A stretch of 64,000 nucleotides of DNA from Eubacteriales bacterium (GCA_045120465.1 JBGVEW010000022.1:12782-76781), one strand, 5' to 3'; positions 18,831-31,200 are shown, counted from the stretch's first letter. Program-made: numbers and translations. The notes: a model not told the origin generated them from the letters alone.

Positions 18831-19931
18831 ATGAACGAAAAAAGATTAAAAACGGGCGTTGCCTATTACGGCAACAGAATGCTCAGCCACGCGATCACGG
18901 ACATGAAGGAGATCGTCAGAGCCGATATGGACATCGTGGTACATATGCTCACGCACAACGACATCGAGCGCAGCTTTTCGGTGATGAAGGATATTTTCAA
19001 GGCAACCGAGGCGGAGGGGCTTGAGATCTGGGTAGATAACTGGGGCATCGGCGGTGCTCCCGGCGACAAGGGACATTTCCTCGCTTACCACCCCGAGGCA
19101 CACTCCTATTACGGGGACGGAATGATGCATCCGATCCAGATCTGTCTGAATGCTCCCTCCTATCGCGAGTTCGTCAAGGATTGGGTAAACAAGGTTGCGG
19201 AGCTTGGCGGAAAAACGCTGTTCTGGGACGAGCCGAACATTCCGCACGTAAGGATCGCGGGCACCGACGATTACTACTCCGCATGCACCTGCCCCACCTG
19301 CCGCAAAATGTTCGAGGAGCGCTTCGGCAAGAGAATGCCCACCGTGATGGATGAGGACGTTGCCAAGTTCAGAAACGACGTGATCATAGAATACCACAAC
19401 TTTATCACGGAGTATGCCAATTCGGTAGGCATGAGAAACGTCGTTTGCTTTATGCCCTATCAGCTTTCGGGCATGGTGGCGCAAAGCAAAAAGGATCAGC
19501 TTCTCAATTTTGACATCGATGCCATCTGCGCGATGCCTTACGTCGATAACGTCGGCACGGATCCTTATTGGTACGGCAACGATACCAACTTAAGCTTGGG
19601 CGGCGCGCCAAGCGCTTACGAGTATAACTACAACGCGACGAAGCTTTGTCTTGAAAAGGCGGGCAAGCACGGCAAGGACCATAACATCTGGATCCAGGGC
19701 TACGACGCCCCCGCAGGAAGAGAGGAAGAGATCATCGAGGCTACCGAGGCGGTCTATGATGCGGGAGCCAGAACCGTGCTCTCCTGGAGCTACCGCGCTG
19801 CCGAGTCTCACTCCTACCGCTCTGCCAACGTCGAGCGTTCCTGGCTCTGCACGGTCGAAGGGATGAAGCGCATCAAATCCATGGAGCGCGATCGGATCCT
19901 TGCCGAGAACAGAAAGAAATACATGAAGTAA
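18831..19931 (+). CDS. hypothetical protein (possible TIM-barrel sugar enzyme)
   Basis: ATG follows an AAGGAG SD and starts a 366-codon ORF. No motif that I can assign. Confidence 0.55.
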   Translation: MNEKRLKTGVAYYGNRMLSHAITDMKEIVRADMDIVVHMLTHNDIERSFSVMKDIFKATEAEGLEIWVDNWGIGGAPGDKGHFLAYHPEAHSYYGDGMMHPIQICLNAPSYREFVKDWVNKVAELGGKTLFWDEPNIPHVRIAGTDDYYSACTCPTCRKMFEERFGKRMPTVMDEDVAKFRNDVIIEYHNFITEYANSVGMRNVVCFMPYQLSGMVAQSKKDQLLNFDIDAICAMPYVDNVGTDPYWYGNDTNLSLGGAPSAYEYNYNATKLCLEKAGKHGKDHNIWIQGYDAPAGREEEIIEATEAVYDAGARTVLSWSYRAAESHSYRSANVERSWLCTVEGMKRIKSMERDRILAENRKKYMK

Positions 19932-20057
19932 CCTCCACTGTCCGAGGATGGCGGCGCCCGATGCGCTCGCCCTCCTCGGACACTTGTTTTCTCCATGCGG
20001 TCCGTTTATGTAAATCCTGCCGAAAAATCAAAAAAAGTACAAAAAAAGCAAACTCTT

Positions 20058-20450
20058 TGACCACATCATTTACGGCGACATCAAAACGCGATATAATGTT
20101 TTCAGGAAATACGCAAACGATGTGTTCGGCGCAAAGATTTTGCAGTTCAAAAGGCTTGTTTTATAAGGCTTTTTATCATTTTAATGCGTCTCAAAGCTCA
20201 ATACCGCACAGAAATGATGGGTCTCATCGGAGCCGGCAACAACCCCATGGTTGGAAACAGCCGCAGGCTGTTTTGATGACATGTTGCAGTCGCAGTTGCG
20301 ATCGAAGAAGCAAGCAAGTAATCCTTGCGGCGTAAGTTTTTTGAGCTTTGCAAGGCTTCATAGGGGCTTTGTAAAAATCGAATTGCACAAAATTGAACAA
20401 TAAAAAGTTGGACACATCATTTGCGTGCAATTGCGCGATGATGTGTCCAA
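20058..20450 (+). repeat. R module copy B (promoter + ~300-nt non-coding core + H4)
   Basis: It has TTTACG-17 nt-TATAAT (20069-20097), core 20204-20327 and a covarying hairpin at 20255-20273. The tail is shared with copy A. Confidence 0.7.
20408..20450. repeat. H palindrome copy 4
   Basis: Identical to copy 1 and lies between convergent genes. Confidence 0.85.
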
Positions 20451-20472
20451 CATTTTTATATCAATCATTCTT

Positions 20473-21162
20473 TTAATTTCCATACACATTTTCAACGGTT
20501 ACCCCTTCGATGTGTCGGGCGTCGTTTGAGCCGATCAGCTTGGGATAAATAAGCGCGCCCTTTTCGTTCGACAGGCGCACCGTCGTGACCGAGGTATCGT
20601 CCAAATGCAAGAAGGCGCAGACCTGCGGAAGCGGGATATTGAACAGATGCGAAAACACCGCAGAGGAAGCGCCACCATGGCTGAAAACAGCAATCTTCTT
20701 GTCCACATCCTCTCCCATTACGCGGTAGTAGTCCTCCTCTCTTTGGTAGCCCAGCTCTGCAAGAAACGCATCAAAACCGACAGTCACACGCTCGACCTCA
20801 CGCACCACGGCACTTTGGCGATACGGCTCCATCTCTCTCCAATCACGATCCGGCTGTGGGATCCCCTCTGCAGCAAAATAGTTCGCCAGCTTCCAAGGGT
20901 GTGCATCGCAAAGGAGCGGTTCTCCGTCAAGCGAGCCCCAAGAAAGCTCACGCATAAAGTCGCAAGGGATCACGTCAAGCCCCAGCACCTGCGCCGTGTA
21001 TTCCGCCGTTTCCATAGCCCTTCCCTTGGTGGAAGAAAAGATCTGCTCAATTCCAAAATCCTTCAAATGCTCTGCCACCTTTGCAGCCTGCTTTTTACCA
21101 AGCACCGTCAAACAGTCGTTTTTGTAGTCCGGGTGTCCATGTCGTATAAAATAAAGAATCAT
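20473..21162 (-). CDS. histidine phosphatase family protein
   Basis: MILYFIRHGHPDY carries the RHG catalytic motif. 229 codons. Confidence 0.8.
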   Translation of the reverse strand: MILYFIRHGHPDYKNDCLTVLGKKQAAKVAEHLKDFGIEQIFSSTKGRAMETAEYTAQVLGLDVIPCDFMRELSWGSLDGEPLLCDAHPWKLANYFAAEGIPQPDRDWREMEPYRQSAVVREVERVTVGFDAFLAELGYQREEDYYRVMGEDVDKKIAVFSHGGASSAVFSHLFNIPLPQVCAFLHLDDTSVTTVRLSNEKGALIYPKLIGSNDARHIEGVTVENVYGN

Positions 21163-21203
21163 GAGTCTTCCCTTCCTTTAAAAATTCAATTCTTATATTG
21201 CTT

Positions 21204-22091
21204 TTAGAAATTCATCAGCATCAGTGCAACAAACGAAAGCACGATGCCAACCCCTGCCTTTGCGGTCAAGCGTTCCTTGAAGAAGAAGGTTGCCATTAGG
21301 GTGGAGAGAATCAGCGACGCCGCTTGGTTGATCGGATATAAGCGTGCGCTGTCAAGATACAATGCCGCCGTAGTTTTGAAATAAGAATTTGCAGTCAATG
21401 CCACCGCCATGATCAAAAGGTACACCGGCGCCACGCGGGTATGCCCATTTTGAAAGCCTACCCTCTCCTTGTTCGGGGAGAGGACGAAAAAGAGTGCCAA
21501 TACCAATGCGGCGATGATATAGGTGTAAAGATTGAAGATGGAGATCGGTACGTCGGGGGCAATGCGCACAAAGACCTTTTGCGAGGCATCCGCAATTCCG
21601 TTTGCAGCGCCGCAAAGGATCAGCAAAAAAAGCGAGGAGGGTGTCAATGCCGATTTGATGCTGTTGTTGTACGAGCACATGATATACGCCGCCGCCAACA
21701 AAACTCCAAAGCCGATCCACTGCCGTACGCCGATCGGCTCGAAAAAGATAAAGAGCGACAAAAGCATGGGGATCAGCGTTCCCAGCATCAAAAACACGTC
21801 GAGCATCATGTATGCGCTCTTTTTCACCGCCAGAAGCCAGCTGACCACGAAAAGTGCCGTGGCAACTCCCGAAACCGCGGAAGCAATCATCACCTGCTTC
21901 GTCAGAACGAGCGCTGGCGCATCCCCCATAACAAACAGAAGAAGGGTGCTGAAGGCCACACAAAGCAGCATACGAAAGAGATTGAGCAGCACGGCGCTTG
22001 TGGTGTTTTGCGCGAACCCGCTGATCTTTTTGCCGCAAAAGCCTTTGGTAGCACCCGCAAAAAGCGCGAGAGATAAAAGCAGGTAACCCAT
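21204..22091 (-). CDS. EamA/DMT-type membrane transporter
   Basis: 295 codons with about 10 hydrophobic segments in two halves. Confidence 0.55.
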   Translation of the reverse strand: MGYLLLSLALFAGATKGFCGKKISGFAQNTTSAVLLNLFRMLLCVAFSTLLLFVMGDAPALVLTKQVMIASAVSGVATALFVVSWLLAVKKSAYMMLDVFLMLGTLIPMLLSLFIFFEPIGVRQWIGFGVLLAAAYIMCSYNNSIKSALTPSSLFLLILCGAANGIADASQKVFVRIAPDVPISIFNLYTYIIAALVLALFFVLSPNKERVGFQNGHTRVAPVYLLIMAVALTANSYFKTTAALYLDSARLYPINQAASLILSTLMATFFFKERLTAKAGVGIVLSFVALMLMNF

Positions 22092-22094
22092 CGG

Positions 22095-23441
22095 TTATTC
22101 CACTACAACGGTACTGAGGCTCTGGGGCCGCAATTCAACGTACCACAGTGCCCCGCCAATCTCGATCTGCACCTGCATTCCGCGGTCGTTGGGGTTGACC
22201 AAAACGGCGATCCTTTTACCATCCTCTTTTTCGATCAGAACGCCCTCAATCACACGGTCGCACTGCGGATAGCGAGAAATACACATATTGAATGCCTCAC
22301 TGACCGATATGGGATAAATTTTGGACGCGGGTGACAGGTAGGGCGCAATGTGTGAAAACGCCTTGTACTGTCCGCTGTAGCGCAATTCGCCACTTTGTAA
22401 ATCCTTGGTCACAAAGCCACCGCAGATGCCGATATGAGGACCGACGTTGGGAGCGCCTAACTCGTCGAGGATCACGTTAAAGCCCATAAAGGAGCGATAC
22501 CCCATTTTGAGTGCCTTGATCGCCATCAAGCCCCACTTACACCAGTCGGTATCATAATTTTGAGTCAGCCGCGGTCCGCCTTCCGTAAAATGAAGCTCCA
22601 GCTTTGGAAAGCGTTCCAAAATGCAACGTGTTTGCTCGATCGCTCCTGCGTAATAATGGAACGAAACACCGTCACAGGCATCAAGCAGACCATCATAATT
22701 TTCAAGTGACCAGACAACGCGATCCACTCCATCAAAATTGTGGTCATACATCCAGATCTTGATATCAAGCGAATGCTCGGCAAATTTTTCGCGCATCATG
22801 CGAACAAAATTCGCTTCGGTTGCAGGATGCCAAGCGCAAGTCGGCATGTGTCCGTCTTTATTTTCAGGCTCATTTTGCGGCGTGATCGCTGAGATGCGGA
22901 TGCCGTAAGCCGCATAGCTTTGGACAAATTTCAAGATATAATTCGTATAGCATTCGAGATACTCGTCGCGCATATATCCGCCGCAGATACTGCCACCGGT
23001 CTTCATCCAATGCGGCGGACTCCAAGGGGACGCAAGCAGATATAGATCAGGATTGATCTCAAGGATCTCCTTGATCATGGGGATAATATACTTTTCATCC
23101 CGTTCTACCGAAAAATGCTTCAGCTCCGTATCAAAGGGAACGTCGTCGTAGGTGTAGATCTCGGGGGAATAATCGCAAGAACCAATGCAAATTCTTCCAA
23201 CCGACAGTCCAAGTCCCTCCTTGGAGTAAAGGTGATGCAACAGCGCGTGGCGCTCCTCCGCCTCCATTTGACTCAAGGTATAGCAAGACGACGGCGTAAT
23301 GCCAAGACCAAAGCCGTAAAAACCGTCGGTATATGCTTTTCCAACCTGTAGCATCTCCGCTCCGGGGACTCTCGGCGCCTTAAAAATTTCGCGTGCGGCT
23401 AAGGAATGCTCGCCAGACGTAAAATATTGTTTCCCTCTCAT
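22095..23441 (-). CDS. glycoside hydrolase family 30 (glucosylceramidase-like)
   Basis: The ASPWSPPHWMKT motif and the length are typical of GH30. Confidence 0.8.
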   Translation of the reverse strand: MRGKQYFTSGEHSLAAREIFKAPRVPGAEMLQVGKAYTDGFYGFGLGITPSSCYTLSQMEAEERHALLHHLYSKEGLGLSVGRICIGSCDYSPEIYTYDDVPFDTELKHFSVERDEKYIIPMIKEILEINPDLYLLASPWSPPHWMKTGGSICGGYMRDEYLECYTNYILKFVQSYAAYGIRISAITPQNEPENKDGHMPTCAWHPATEANFVRMMREKFAEHSLDIKIWMYDHNFDGVDRVVWSLENYDGLLDACDGVSFHYYAGAIEQTRCILERFPKLELHFTEGGPRLTQNYDTDWCKWGLMAIKALKMGYRSFMGFNVILDELGAPNVGPHIGICGGFVTKDLQSGELRYSGQYKAFSHIAPYLSPASKIYPISVSEAFNMCISRYPQCDRVIEGVLIEKEDGKRIAVLVNPNDRGMQVQIEIGGALWYVELRPQSLSTVVVE

Positions 23442-23575
23442 AATACACCTCTTTTTGTATTTTTTATCATTATACCACTAAAAAATAGCCTTTTCATTGG
23501 ATTTTTCACCATTCGTATTGTATTTTTCAACAAAGTATGGTACAATGAAACGCAATGCAAAGGAGGAACGGAATC

Positions 23576-24361
23576 GTGCAGGTACAAAAGGTTTTAAATT
23601 GGCTGAGCGCAACCGAGGATTTTCACACCACAAAAATATTGAAGCAGCATTGGAAGGAAAGCAAGTACAGCTACCGTACAGCCCCCCGCCCCGATTTTGG
23701 CATGCTGTTGGTGATAAAGGGCAGCATTGATTTCGTCACCGACGGCGAGGTGCTGACCGCGCGCGCAGGGAATCTCGTGTTCCTGCCCAAGTATAGCCGA
23801 TACGAGGCGTTTTTCATGGACGAGGCCGACGATCTGCTCGTTTCCTTTGACACGAGCGGTGAGGAAATTTTGCTCCACGCTCCGATCGTGCTCTCCGAGC
23901 GCACGCCCCTTTCGTGTGTGGAGCACTTTCGCGCGCTGGTGGAGGGGCATTTTTACAAAGAGCTGACACGGTTGCAAAAAAAAGGGCTGTTCTATTTGCT
24001 TTTGGACGCGGTCATAACGGAAGCGGAGGCACAGACGAACGAGCATCACCACCTGATCAATCAAGCCAAATCGCTCCTGCAAGACGCAAGCGCGCTGTCG
24101 GTCGCTAAGATTGCGAAAAAATGCGCCGTCAGTGAGAGCAGCCTGCGGCAGATCTTCAAGGCGCAAACGGGAATGACCCCCGCGCAATACAGAACCGACA
24201 TCAAACTGAAGCAAGCAGCCTATCTGCTCGAATCCACCGATCTGACGGTCTATGAAATTGCGGAAAAACTCAACTTTTTCGATGCGCCCTATTTTTGCAA
24301 GGTCTTCCGATCGCACATTGGTCTTTCGCCTATGGAATACGCAAGAGACAAAAAAATATGA
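23576..24361 (+). CDS. AraC family transcriptional regulator
   Basis: GTG 23576 lies after an AGGAGG SD; an alternative ATG is at 23555. The C-terminal HTH is YFCKVFRSHIGLSPMEYAR. Confidence 0.8.
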   Translation: MQVQKVLNWLSATEDFHTTKILKQHWKESKYSYRTAPRPDFGMLLVIKGSIDFVTDGEVLTARAGNLVFLPKYSRYEAFFMDEADDLLVSFDTSGEEILLHAPIVLSERTPLSCVEHFRALVEGHFYKELTRLQKKGLFYLLLDAVITEAEAQTNEHHHLINQAKSLLQDASALSVAKIAKKCAVSESSLRQIFKAQTGMTPAQYRTDIKLKQAAYLLESTDLTVYEIAEKLNFFDAPYFCKVFRSHIGLSPMEYARDKKI

Positions 24362-24398
24362 GAAGAAAATTGAATTCACGGTTTCCGCACCTCCTCAC

Positions 24399-24761
24399 CA
24401 AGGCCATTTTCCTTCAAGCAATCGCAAACAACTTGAAAAAGGCTTATGGTGCAAAGATTTTTGACCATGTCATGATTTTCTCAACGCCCTTCCCCCTCGC
24501 CTGCCGCACAGAGATGATGGATCTGATCGGAGCTGGCAACAACCCCATGGTGAAACAACCGCAGGTTGTTTTGATGACAGGTCGCAGTAGCGGTTGCGAT
24601 CGAAGAGGCAAGCAAAGAATCCTTGCGGCGTAAGGCTTTTTGGGTACCTTTGCAGGGGCGAACAGTGTTCGTCCGCGGGCGGTCAATGACCGCCCCTACA
24701 AAAACAAAAAAATAAAAAGTTGGACACATCATAAACGTATTTTCGCTTATGATGTGTCCAA
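24399..24761 (+). repeat. R module copy C (promoter segment deleted) ending in H5
   Basis: Core 24504-24625 with a hairpin at 24553-24571. It has a nested TGCAGGGG...CCCCTACA insert at 24651-24700. It lacks the ~110 nt that carry the promoter in copy D. Confidence 0.7.
24720..24761. repeat. H palindrome copy 5
   Basis: TTGGACACATCAT-AAACGTATTTTCGCTT-ATGATGTGTCCAA. Confidence 0.85.
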
Positions 24762-25124
24762 TGTTTTTTATTCAAATGTATCATTCAAAAACACTCTAAA
24801 GACTTCGGCGGAAGCCTTGAAGATCCCGACGTCATCAAGCTCTGCGGTTGCTCGAGGAACAGTTATTATAAGTATAAGAAAGGCTTGAAAGCGGAGATCT
24901 TTATATAAACAGGCGGCTCATTCTGTTTCGATCGCCTCTGTTTGGAATTCTATAGGCTTTCAAATGATTCTTGGGGGATGCGTAAAATTTTGAAATCTCG
25001 ATTGTGCATTTGGCGGTTTCTATAATATGGGCATCTTACCGGGGAACTATTTAGGATATGTTTGCGGGACGGAATGAAAGGATGAATGTGGTAACGTGAT
25101 ACTTTGTTATGATGTGGTTTTCTA

Positions 25125-25153
25125 TTGACTATAATCTTTCGAAGTGATATAAT
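25125..25153 (+). promoter_or_regulatory. sigma-70/SigA-type promoter upstream of the RHS gene
   Basis: TTGACT-17 nt-TATAAT. Confidence 0.45.
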
Positions 25154-25243
25154 GAAATCAGGAGGTGAGTCCAATGGTTTTCGTGGGTTGATCTTAAAAG
25201 AGAGTATGATCAAAACAATGAACCAAACAGAAAGGAGATAATT

Positions 25244-28200
25244 GTGAAATCTATCATTAAGAAGAATAGCAAGAAAGCCCTGTCTATGTTTTTGTCGTTT
25301 TTGATGATCTTTTATTTGATACCTGTGAGCGTATTTGCCTTGGACAATTCCAAAGAAGGCTTTGACACTCCTCAAACCAATATTACCAAAGAAGAAACAG
25401 TATTTGAACTCGAAGACCGTCGTGAGGAATCGGTCAAGCACTTCCGTTTTGACGATGGAAGCATCATGGCAGTTCAATATGACAGTGCCGTTCACCGAAC
25501 TGACGAAAACGGTGTGTGGCGAGATATTGATAACCGCCTTGCCGAAACGTCAAATGATATTTCTACATCAGACGCTCGTGTCAAATTTGTGAAGAAAACG
25601 ACGGGCAATGAAACATTGTTTGCATTGCATGAGGATAATAAGAAGATTACGCTTAGCCTTGACGGTGCAAACAAGAAGGTTTACGGACAAATTTCCAACC
25701 ATTCAGACGATGTGGATGCAACACAATTGCAAAAGCTGATGAATTTGGAAAATTTATCTGCAAGCATTCTGTATCCGGACATTCTTGACGGTGTCGATCT
25801 CGAGTATGTTGTTGTAGCAAACAATATAAAAGAAAATATTATTGTAAAAGAACGCACCGATGCGTATGCCTACACGTTTACAATGAGACTAAATCACCTG
25901 ACAGCATCTATGGAAGACTCGGGACAGATCGTGTTGGTCGCAGGTGATGGCGAAGTTTGCTATGTAATTCCCTCCGGTATGATGATGGATGCTGTTGGCA
26001 ATATATCGTATGCTGTTGACTATGTCCTGACAGATCTTGGGAATGGAAGTTACAGTTTAGGAATAACCGCTGATGATGAATGGATCAACGCAGAAGAACG
26101 TGTATTCCCGGTTACGATTGATCCGCCGATTTATCCGGCAAGTCAATATGGTGCAATCGATTTAACAATTTCACAAAGCAATTCTTCTTTTAACGATTGT
26201 GCAAGTGAAAATTTGATTGTCAGCAACTCTTATATCAGTTATTGGAAAGCAAACGATTTGCCGACATTGCCTGTTTCTGCATATATTACCGAGGCTACGT
26301 TTCATGCGCAGGTAAGTATGGGTGTTAATGATACGGCATATGTTGCGGTATATGATGTTCTTACGGCGTGGGATGATTCTCTTACTTGGGCTGATGTGAA
26401 CAAGACAACGTCGCCGGAAGGAAAACTGGCAAATGATTACACAGATTATTGTAGAATTGCAGCAAATTATGAATTCGATTCGTATTCATGGAATATTACT
26501 CCGATTGCTAAGAAATGGTATGCCGTTGAAAATTACGGCCTTGCGCTAAAGAAGGCACCCGGATTCAGTTTTTCCGAAGATCTTACATTCTCCTCGAACA
26601 ACCGGGATGGAAGCGAACCAATCCTTTGCATATCCTACGTGGATATGAAGGGGCTGGAGGACTACTGGTCGTATAGTTCGCAAAGCAACGGTTTTGCGGG
26701 GAGCGGTTCGATCAATCATGCAACGGGTGAATTAACTTATGTGATTCAAACGTTGAGCACGCTTGATTCGTTACTTCCTTTTACGCCAACATTGGTGTAT
26801 CAATCCTCGTTGGCAAATAAAAATTACGTTTACGGCAATGTGCAAACGCCGTATGTGTATCCGCATACGCCTGTTGGCTTTAAACTGAATATCCAAGAAA
26901 CTTTATTGGAAAAGCAGTATTTTGATGCCGAAGGATATCCAAAAAACATGTTCATTTTGGCAGATGCGGACGGTACGGAACATTACTTTATGCCCACGGA
27001 TGATAGTAGCGTTTATCATGACGAGGATGGGCTGCTTTTGGAACTAAAGACAAGCGGCTCGCTCCTCACCATCACGGATAGCGGTCATAACGTACGTGCT
27101 TTCCAAAAAAACACATCGTTTTCGCAGTTGGGAATCAAATCCGCGTGGTATTTGGAGAGTATTACCGATCAGAGTGGTAATAAAATCAGTTTTGCCTTTG
27201 ATTCTGCCAAGAGACCTACTGCAGTACAATTGACGCCCAACGGATTTACCACACCGATTGAGCAGCTAAAACTCGGATACGGCAGTTCCGGTAGGCTGAA
27301 TATCGTTTATAATCCGCATTCCAACGAGGCGGCAATTCTGCGCTATAGCGGAAGTCTGCTGCAAACCTTGATTCGAGCACACGGAAATGATGACGCTGTT
27401 TGGGCAGATTGGCAGACTTATGCCAACGATTCCACAACTGTAAACGCAAATATTACAGTAGATGCGCAAGCCTCCTACACCTATAGCAGCGGTCTTTTAA
27501 CGAAAACGCGCAACGAGCTTTCGCAGTATGAACTGAACTATAGCTACACCAACAAAAAGGTTACACAAATCACAGAAAAAGCGGGAGCTACGGCGGCACC
27601 TACAACCGGGCAAAGTGTAACGCTTAGCTACAACGCAACAAATACAGTTTTGCGCACGAGTGGCTCCGATGATGCGCTTGGAACCTCGGATGATTTGCTT
27701 ACCACCTATACGTTTGACTCCTTTGGTAGAGCAATCAACGCTTATACAACCGACGCCGGCGGCACACAGCTATACGGTGCATCAAGCGGAGAGTACGATG
27801 AGGAGAATGAAAAATCCAAGAACAGCTTGGTGCGCAGTACACAGGTGCAGGAACAGTCTCCGAATTATCTGTTAAACGGCGGGTTTGAAACGCAAGGGGC
27901 TCCTATTCCGAATTGGGCAAGCGATACATCCGAGAGAGATTCGCTGGGAACGTCCCGAGAGGGGGCAAATCATGGAGAAGCTTGTGTGCGAATGAGCGTT
28001 GCCGCGCAGGATACAACGTATAATCAGTTATTGCAATACGTCAATCTACCGGCGGGTACATATACGCTTACGATGAGCTATAAAACCAAGTCTGCACAGG
28101 GCGCGGCGTTGCGTATGACCATGAGCTCTATATACGATACGCAAGGTGTATATAAAGACGTAGCACTCAATTCCGCAAACTTGGAAACAACCTATCAGCA

Positions 28201-31200
28201 GGCATCGCTACAGTTTACGGTGCCTCAGTTAAGCAGTACAAGCGATCTTTCTTGCACCGTTATGATCGAACTGATTCTGACCGATCCGTCAGACGGATAT
28301 GCAATCGTGTGTGTGGATGACCTGATGCTTTCCAAATCCACGGGTGCGATGGCATACGACATGGTGCAATTGGGGCACTTTGAGGATACAAATTACAATG
28401 TAGGGATTCCACAGGTATGGTCAATGGGGCCCAATGGCAATGTTGTGGCAAGTAACACGATATTTGGAACCGTGTTGAAACTTACACCGCCATCCGACTT
28501 TACTTCATCTGCTTCCGCTATGCAAACCGTATATTCTGCGAGCTCGACACTGAAATCGCAATATGCAAGCGGAAGCGTGCCGCTCAATCCAATCTACTTT
28601 ACCGTTTCCGGATGGGCAAAGAGCACGGCATCGTCTTGGAATGCTGACGCAACATTCGCGATTCACATTCACCTTTGGTATTATAACGGTGTCAAGGATA
28701 TCGAGGGAGAGTCGATTTACTTCAACTTCGATAGAGGAACAACGGATTGGCAGTTTATTAGCGGAGGTTTCGTAACCGATCCGAGCAAGGGATTACTTTC
28801 TAAAATTTGCATAGAGCCGGAATATGGCAAACACCCGGGAATTGCATATTTTGATAATATCAGCTTGGTGCAGGATAGCGACGGTACATCGTTCTATAAT
28901 TACACCACCACGGGATACGTTGGTTGCTATCAAAACGGCGGAGAAAAACTTTGGTACGAGTATGATGCCTCTGATCGCCTGCTAACAATGGCATCCAACT
29001 ACGGTTACTTTATCGATTATGATTACGATTCCAATCATCGATTGACAGGGGAGGAGTATTTTACCCACCAAGGCGTAATCGTAAGCCCGAAGGAAAGCGG
29101 CGGCAGCGGTTATCACATTGAGTTTAAAGACAGAGACGAAAACGGAGCTCCCGATATTTCATCGCGGTATTGTTTTACGTATCGCTACGATATGTATGGA
29201 ATTCATTACAAAACCATCTCCCGTGACACGCAAAGCGGCAGTCAAACCATTGCAAGCTCCACGAATTATGCCGATTCCGTTCCGTATTTCGGCGCGCTTG
29301 CCACTTACACCGACGAAGCAGGCGGAGTCACGCGGTATTTCTACGACGAGACAAACGGCTATCTGCTCGCGGTGGCATATCCCGACGGCAACGGTGTCAC
29401 CTACCGATACGACGCGATTGGAAATCTCATTGAGGTGCTTCCCGCAAAGCTGGTCAATACAGGAACCGAAGATACCCCCGTATATGACTACGAGCTTACC
29501 GAGCTGGGAACCAACGTGGATTACGCCTACGACAGCGTTACCAAGCGCCTGACATCCATCAACACCGCAAGCACGCAATATACGTTTGTGTATGATGCGT
29601 TTGGAAATACGACGAGTATCACCAACAATACATACACGTTGGCATCCTACACGTATCACCCAAATAACGGAAAATTGGCAACCATGACATACGGAAACGG
29701 TCTTTCGGTGCAATATCAGTACGATGAACTTGACAGAATTTCCGAAATATGGTATAATACAGGTGCAAGCGGTGCGTTTGAGTTGGCGTACTCTTACGGC
29801 TACGATTATGCGGGGCGTTTGTATTCCGTTGAGGACCACACGGGTGGCGGAAACAGCATGGTCAACGTCTATGACCCGTTGGGGCGGCTGGTGCAGAGCT
29901 ACAACTATGACCCCGAGAGCAAAAATATGGACCTCTTGGTGGATTATATCTACGACGAGGAATCTAAGCTGATTCAAACGGCGTACGATCTTGCTTACAA
30001 CTCTCCCACGGGCATCACCATCGATAATGCGGCGCAGTACGATTACCAATATAACGTACACGACCAATTGTATCGGGTTTATGCGCGATTTGGCAACGTT
30101 GACGGACGCATTGACATTCTCAAAAACAATCTTGGACGGTTGGATGGAAGAACCTATCTCTTTGAGATGTTCGGTGTTCCCGTGTACTATAACGAAGTTG
30201 CGTATGAGTATGATTCTTCCAATGCAAGAATCGAAAGCATGTCCGTCACGCGCAGCATGACTCCGATGGATACGGGCGTAACCACCGAGTATCACTTGAC
30301 GTACGATGCAAACGGTAATATTACGCATATCCGTGACAAAAATGGGAACCTGTTGCATCAATACGCCTATGATACGTTGGGGCAATTGATTCGAGAAACC
30401 AATTATTCGGATAGCAATACTTCCACCGTATATCAATATACGTATAATGCCGCGGGAAATCGCACAAGGCAAAAGATTTCTATTTTGTCAACGACGGCAA
30501 CGTATTCCGGTGACCGTTTAACCAAGTACGGTTCCAACAGCATCTCGTATGATGAGCTGGGCAACGTCATTCAATTTTCCGCAGGTCTCAATCGGACGCA
30601 ATATGAATGGCAGGGGCGCCTATTGGTGGGTAGCAATCAGCGCGTTTCAAGTGTAACGACCACAACTACAGTGGTAGCAGCCTACACCTACAACTCCGAA
30701 GGCATCCGCACGAGCAAAACGGTAAACGGCATCAAGCACGAGTATATCCTCGATGGCAGTTGCATCGTGGCAGAAAAATGGGTCGAAAACAACGTCGAAT
30801 ACATGATGGTATTCTTGTATGACGATGCGGGTTCTCCCATTGGCTTCCTGTATCGCACAAGTGCGTATGCGCGAGGCACATACGATGCGTATTTCTACGA
30901 GAAGAATTTCTTCGGTGACGTTATCGGCATCTACGATGAAAGCGGTTCTTGTGTTGCAAAATACAACTACAACGCATGGGGCGTTTGCACTGTTCAGACC
31001 AATGTCGGTGGCATCGCAACGCTGAATCCCATTCGCTATCGCGGCTACTACTACGATACGCATACAGGCTTGTATTACCTGCAAAGTCGGTACTATAATC
31101 CGGATTGGGGTAGATTCATTAGCATGGATGACCCCGGGGTGCTTGGAGCTTCTCCCGAAGCACTTACCGACAAAAACCTTTACATCTATTGCGATAATAA

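Noticed and set aside
20221-20262. A hammerhead-like CTCATCGGAG...GAAAC (CTGATCGGAG in copies A and C) in the R core.
   Set aside because: The invariant CUGAUGA box is not present in any copy and the helix arrangement does not fit.
19961-20335. ORFs running through the R modules (19961..20335, 24295..24633, 35298..35639).
   Set aside because: The reading frame is not conserved among copies: a 1-nt length difference gives a stop in copy B and there is a deletion in copy A. There is no SD. The substitutions preserve hairpins rather than codons.
24950-25495. 181-codon minus-strand ORF in the AT-rich DNA upstream of and overlapping the RHS start.
   Set aside because: It overlaps the RHS promoter, SD and signal-peptide coding region. 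It has no SD and a low-complexity composition.
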